Below are positions 59,652 through 64,000 of a stretch of DNA of 64,000 nt, in pieces. Source of the DNA: Calditrichaceae bacterium (GTDB lineage: Bacteria; Calditrichota; Calditrichia; Calditrichales; JBFXGD01); assembly GCA_050173015.1 (NCBI GenBank), contig JBFXLE010000004.1, positions 160,001 to 224,000 on the forward strand, given 5' to 3'. How positions within the stretch are numbered: the first letter of the stretch is position 1; every line of letters starts with the position of its first letter. The notes below the pieces were generated by a model. The model was not told the origin of the DNA, did no database searches, and saw only the letters and a list, made by a program, of their open reading frames with translations. Both the position numbers and the translations under genes were made by a program.

Positions 59652-60947
59652 TTATGAATTTAGCCCGGTGCCGATCACATTCTTCACTGCCCGGTTCAAA
59701 CTGGTTTTTATTTTAGCCGGGGAGACTTTTTCAAATTGTATGGACTCACAAACGTTGAACCGCGCGAATTCCGCCAGCTTGTTTGCGAAAACGGCAAAAA
59801 ACTTATCATACTCGTTAAAATGGGGCTCAAAAACAAGATTTTGGATCAGAAGAGTTTTCTTCTTCCTGTCCGCTTTTGGATCCAGTCTCGCCACAAACCG
59901 TTCCCCGAAGAGAATGGGTAATGTGAAATAACCAAATTTTCTTTTCTTTTCGGGTAGATAGCATTCAAGGGTATAGTCAAATCCAAAAAGGCTTTTGAGT
60001 CTGTCCCGCTGAATAATCAGGTTATCAAACGGGGACAGCAGATGGATCCGCGGCGGATCTGATTGAAGATGGGCTGAATATTTTAGCGCGGCGGACTGCG
60101 CGTAGAATACACTGTTGTCGATTCCTTCAATTTTTATCGGGGTAATCTCTTTTTCTTCCAGCAAATGATTAATGGCGGTCTTCAAAACATCCTTATTCGC
60201 CACCTGAAGATCTGAGTCTCTGGATGTTTCCGGCTGAAGATATTTTTGTATTTCCCCGGCGTTGGCCACACCAAAGGCTGATAGCGCGCGTTTTACGAGA
60301 AACCGACCGAGTTCTTCTTTATCCGGCATCGTAACATTTAACGTTGACGGCAAAACCCGTTCGGTCAGATCATAAATTTTCTGAAAGTTTTTTCTTTCGG
60401 TAATCATAAGATCACCCCTCCAGAATAGCAGCTCAAGTGCGACTTTAGCGGGTTTCCAGTCCCACCAGGTTCCACCTTTTTTATCGGACGGATGAGAAAA
60501 ATCCTTCGAGCTCAGCGGTCCTTCATCGCGGATACGCTCCAGAACCGGTTGGAGCAAATGTCCGCTTTGTTGGAATTGATGTTTTGCCCATTTACTGGAT
60601 GGATTTTCAAAATTTTTCATCCTGGGTAAAAAAAAGCGGTAATCGGACATGGGGAGATAAGACATGGCGTGTCCCCAGTATTCAAAAACGGCCCGGTCAG
60701 TAGTCTGGAGATCATGGAGCATATTTTCATGATAATCTAAGGCGCGTGTCCAAAAGGTGTGATGATGAGCCCGCTTGATAATAGCGATGGTATCGATCTG
60801 AACATATCCGAGTTTATTGATGATATGAAGTATGCCCTGCCTGCCCTCGGGGAGCGTTTCCGCTCCGTCCAGTAGTTGGGATTTCAAAATCAAATTTCTG
60901 GCTTTTTCGAGTGGGATAGAAATTGTTTCCATGTTTACCCGGATCAT
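59652..60947 (-). CDS. YcaQ/AlkZ-family winged-helix DNA glycosylase (crosslink repair)
   Basis: LGYVQIDTI, FEYWGH, WWDWKPAK, YDLTERV, LLSPFDNL and KRKFGYFTLPIL motifs. Confidence 0.88.
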   Translation of the reverse strand: MIRVNMETISIPLEKARNLILKSQLLDGAETLPEGRQGILHIINKLGYVQIDTIAIIKRAHHHTFWTRALDYHENMLHDLQTTDRAVFEYWGHAMSYLPMSDYRFFLPRMKNFENPSSKWAKHQFQQSGHLLQPVLERIRDEGPLSSKDFSHPSDKKGGTWWDWKPAKVALELLFWRGDLMITERKNFQKIYDLTERVLPSTLNVTMPDKEELGRFLVKRALSAFGVANAGEIQKYLQPETSRDSDLQVANKDVLKTAINHLLEEKEITPIKIEGIDNSVFYAQSAALKYSAHLQSDPPRIHLLSPFDNLIIQRDRLKSLFGFDYTLECYLPEKKRKFGYFTLPILFGERFVARLDPKADRKKKTLLIQNLVFEPHFNEYDKFFAVFANKLAEFARFNVCESIQFEKVSPAKIKTSLNRAVKNVIGTGLNS

Positions 60948-61338
60948 TTTTGGAATTAATCATTTCAATGGATTATATCGCTCAAATATTTCGGAATGCC
61001 TGAGCAAATGATTCAATATTGCAAAATTTAAAATAAATTTGGCAAAAAAACCAAAAAAAAGGGCGTGATTAAATGCATGAAGTTCGATGATAAAATGACA
61101 GGGATGTATGAACGGGTGTTGTTAGACAACGCATACGAGCCGAATTAGCGAAACTGATTTTATGGGAGAAAACAGGGGATTCTGACCTGTCAAACAGAAT
61201 TCATAAAAGTTGTATTCAGCAAATCAATGATATTGTCAGAATCCCCGGACTAAAAAGTCAATAAAACGATCCACGAGTAAACACCAAAGTCCATTCGCAA
61301 ATTCTTAATGACCCGTTTTTGCGGGCAAAGCAATAATA

Positions 61339-61548
61339 TTATTCACGAAATTTAAAAGAAAGGCTGAGTTTTGTCCTGAAGGCCACGACTTTGCCTTTCT
61401 CAATTTTTACATCCTGGGCCATTACCTGAGCGATGCGAAGATCTTCCAGGGTTTGGCCGGCGCGTTCAACCGCTTTTTTTGCGGCGTCTTCCCAGGAAAC
61501 GGTGCTTGTCCCGACCACATCCACTACCTTATAAATACTGTCTGACAT
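61339..61548 (-). CDS. Dodecin-family protein
   Basis: SIYKVVDVVGTSTVSWEDAAK..LSLSFK; GGAGG RBS. Confidence 0.88.
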   Translation of the reverse strand: MSDSIYKVVDVVGTSTVSWEDAAKKAVERAGQTLEDLRIAQVMAQDVKIEKGKVVAFRTKLSLSFKFRE

Positions 61549-61686
61549 AATAACCTCCTCATTTTGTTAGATGATAATTGATTTATGTTTTGCTGACCAG
61601 AGAATTCTATATTACTGTTTATCCCTTTTCAAGCAGGATCAATTTCAATTTCATCGGATATTGAGAGTATCAGGTGTAAATAATGG

Positions 61687-62220
61687 TTATTCAGACCGCG
61701 GAGTATTTCCTGTAAATTGAACCGGCAGATCGCGCCGTTCCGTCATAATCATGTGGAGAGGGGAAACACATGCATCGCACATGCCTAAAGGCTTAAGATC
61801 TCCGACGGGAACAAATAAAGTATCCGCGTAAATATAAATATTTTCAATCGACGGACTTTCATTGCCGCATCCCGAATATTTACAATAATCGCCCCAGAAT
61901 ACCCCGATGACCATATTGTTAGAAAAGTCGATGGATGGCGGCGGGGTTTTTTGACCGGTTCCGTCGAACGCGTTCCAGTAAAGATCCCAAAACCCGATCC
62001 AATCGTTGCTGTCCTTAAAAACACGGATACCGGGGTCTTTTACAAAAAATGTTCCGTACCCCTCAACATCCTGAAAACTAACCTGAATGGTATCTTCCGT
62101 ACTTATAAGGCGAATAGGTGGTTTTTCATTTTCTGCTTCAGATTCGTCGGTAATCTGTGTGCATGTGATTATGAGCGAGAGGGGTAGGATCACAGAAAGT
62201 ATATAAACAACTACTTTCAT
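61687..62220 (-). CDS. Lipoprotein with PrcB-C-terminal-like domain
   Basis: Lipobox-like IITC; PPSIDFSNNMVIGVFWG motif. Confidence 0.55.
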   Translation of the reverse strand: MKVVVYILSVILPLSLIITCTQITDESEAENEKPPIRLISTEDTIQVSFQDVEGYGTFFVKDPGIRVFKDSNDWIGFWDLYWNAFDGTGQKTPPPSIDFSNNMVIGVFWGDYCKYSGCGNESPSIENIYIYADTLFVPVGDLKPLGMCDACVSPLHMIMTERRDLPVQFTGNTPRSE

Positions 62221-62348
62221 CTGGTTACTCCTAACTGTGTGTTTAGGAAATCATGCTGCTATACTTTACAAAAATATTTATCGGATAAACAAGAGATAAA
62301 AATTATTTTTGCGAATGAGGGGATTTTAAAGATGATGCTATAAGATGG

Positions 62349-62385
62349 GTTAAGGGTTAAGAGTTAAGGGTATAAGAGTTAAGAG
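62349..62385. repeat. Heptamer tract (GTTAAG[A/G])n
   Basis: GTTAAGGGTTAAGAGTTAAGGGTATAAGAGTTAAGAG, the reverse complement of the CTCTTAA tracts. Confidence 0.6.
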
Positions 62386-62482
62386 AAAACCACGAAATGA
62401 AGTGAGTTGTTATAAGCGATTCGAACTTTACCGGGGCAGGCTCTATGATTGGAAGCCAATGTTAATCAAGTTGATATAAACT

Positions 62483-62516
62483 AAAATCCCCCGGCGGTTC
62501 AGGGACCACCGGGGGA
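62483..62516 (-). terminator. Terminator after the DUF6448 gene
   Basis: TCCCCCGG...CCGGGGGA stem with a T tail on the minus strand. Confidence 0.65.
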
Positions 62517-62544
62517 AGTTATGTGATAACCGCGGCGCGGTTGA

Positions 62545-63174
62545 TTAGTGTTGATGAGCGCCTGCTCCGCCTTCAGAATGACCGGCTTCAGCGTGGCCGT
62601 GGCCGGCTGCTTTTGTCGCGGTCTCATAGATCGGTTCTACGTAGTGTAAGTATTCGACGTACGCTTTTACAAAATCGCGTCCGGCTTTAACATCGTTTTT
62701 ATCATAATTCTTTTTTTCCTGAACTTCCATAAATCTGGTGTGCAAGCCGCCGTGGACCGCGTCATTTAGCATCTGAAGTACTTCTTTTGCTGAACCGGAT
62801 TCAATGGATTTGTCAGCCGCGGGAATTGCGGGGCCAAGGTCACGGCCCGCGGGTTTAATTCCTGTATAGGGAGCGCCTTCACCGGCGCGATGGACGCGTA
62901 CTAATGTTTCAAAAAAGTACATATCGGCAAGTTCTTTGGCTTCCGCGCCAAGTTTGCGAACTTTAATCGTGTGATCAAAAGCGGCTTTTATGTTCGCTTC
63001 ATCATCCGGCTGAACCCAGATAAGAATAAGATTGACATTGTTGGTGTCAAGGGCTTTTATCGCGGCTGTAACAACGGGGCCGTCAAGACCGTCACAATGG
63101 GCCGAAGCGGTGTCCGGTTTAAAAAGAACGACTGCTAACATTAAAGCGAAAATTGAAAATAAATAACGTCTCAT
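62545..63174 (-). CDS. DUF6448-like secreted protein with His-rich tail
   Basis: Signal peptide, AHCDGLDGPVV, FFETLVRVHRAGEGAPYTGIKPAG, YVEYLHYVE. Confidence 0.75.
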   Translation of the reverse strand: MRRYLFSIFALMLAVVLFKPDTASAHCDGLDGPVVTAAIKALDTNNVNLILIWVQPDDEANIKAAFDHTIKVRKLGAEAKELADMYFFETLVRVHRAGEGAPYTGIKPAGRDLGPAIPAADKSIESGSAKEVLQMLNDAVHGGLHTRFMEVQEKKNYDKNDVKAGRDFVKAYVEYLHYVEPIYETATKAAGHGHAEAGHSEGGAGAHQH

Positions 63175-63275
63175 GATTCTCTCCTTTATGGGTTTGGTTT
63201 GTAACTTTCACTACCAATATAAATACTACATGTTGGTAGTTAAATGATATAGATTAATTAACTGCATTATTTTAT

Positions 63276-64000
63276 TTATTTAATTCGTAATAATCGCATT
63301 CCGTTAAATATGACGATCATAACCGATGCTTCATGAATCAGCATTCCTCCGGCCATGTGGACTTCGCCGAGGAGGACACCGGCCAACAGCGCGGAAACAG
63401 TAGCAAGCGCCACAAATACATTCTGGCGGATATTCTTTAATGTCGCTTTAGAGATACGGATCGCTTCCGGTATTTTCATCAGGTCATCGGACATCAGCGC
63501 GATATCCGCCGTTTCAATGGCGATATCTGTGCCGGCGGCGCCCATGGCGATACCAATATCCGCGGCGGCAAGCGCCGGAGCGTCATTGATACCGTCTCCA
63601 ACCATCGCGACGACCAGTTTTCTGGATTTTAACTCATGGATGGCCGCCAGTTTGTCCTCCGGCAGTAATTCCGCCCGGATATTTGTAATTCCGGTTTCCC
63701 TGCCGACAACTCGCGCTGTTTTTTCGTCATCGCCCGTAAGCATGACAATTTCCTTTAAATCCATACTTTTTAATTTATTGATCATAGAGGAAGAGGATTC
63801 TCTTATGGTGTCCGCGATGCCGAGAATTCCCATTGCGAATTTATCAACAGATACTATCACCGCCGTTTTACCCGATGATTTTAATTGATCAAGATGAAAT
63901 CCGGTTTCATCCGGAACCAGTACATCAAGTTCTCTCATTAATTCAAAATTTCCAATACTGATTAACCGGTTCCCAAAAAGGGCAGTGATGCCTTTGCCGG
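63276..64000 (-). CDS. Heavy-metal P1B-type ATPase, C-terminal part (5' end outside window)
   Basis: Frame open to the window edge (GKGI..); MLTGD, MVGDGINDAPALA and IHEASVMIVIFNGMRLL motifs. Confidence 0.9.
   Translation of the reverse strand, partial: GKGITALFGNRLISIGNFELMRELDVLVPDETGFHLDQLKSSGKTAVIVSVDKFAMGILGIADTIRESSSSMINKLKSMDLKEIVMLTGDDEKTARVVGRETGITNIRAELLPEDKLAAIHELKSRKLVVAMVGDGINDAPALAAADIGIAMGAAGTDIAIETADIALMSDDLMKIPEAIRISKATLKNIRQNVFVALATVSALLAGVLLGEVHMAGGMLIHEASVMIVIFNGMRLLRIK

Noticed and set aside
1-64000. tRNA, rRNA or classic riboswitches
   Set aside because: None were recognised by eye; a tRNAscan-SE or Infernal run is needed to exclude them formally.

Overview
Bacterial chromosomal window with no rRNA, tRNA or CRISPR array seen. 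The gene content (C-terminal 'QNYPNPFNP' sorting/FlgD-Ig domain, short FCB-type SigA-like sigma factor, DUF5686 and TonB receptors, many lipoproteins) suggests a Calditrichota/FCB-like organism; this is an inference. The left ~34 kb is mostly housekeeping, envelope and stress genes: TonB receptors, rpsA, mreB-like, Nudix, ybgA-SRPBCC-phrB, csp, GGDEF, slyD, ygiQ, an RND efflux triad, DUF2207, PhzF, a sigma factor and glutaminase. From ~34.6 kb the intergenic DNA carries several unrelated families of palindromic repeats and 7-nt tandem tracts, including a threefold ~445-bp composite array (36.6-38.0 kb). The most unusual part is 43.1-47.9 kb. It is an AT-rich run of co-oriented minus-strand genes bounded by attC-like sites, with no integrase in the window, and punctuated by a diverged ~0.8-kb apparently non-coding element (two full copies plus one end). 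That element carries repeated A(A/C)TAAGGT boxes at one end and an att-like junction at the other. Also present: an nhaA pseudogene, an orphan XRE-HTH/ImmA-IrrE pair with a clear autoregulatory operator, and small stress or detoxification genes (CAT, GNAT, VOC, NIPSNAP, YcaQ/AlkZ, dodecin, DUF6448, a partial P-type ATPase). All product calls come from motif recognition, not from database searches.
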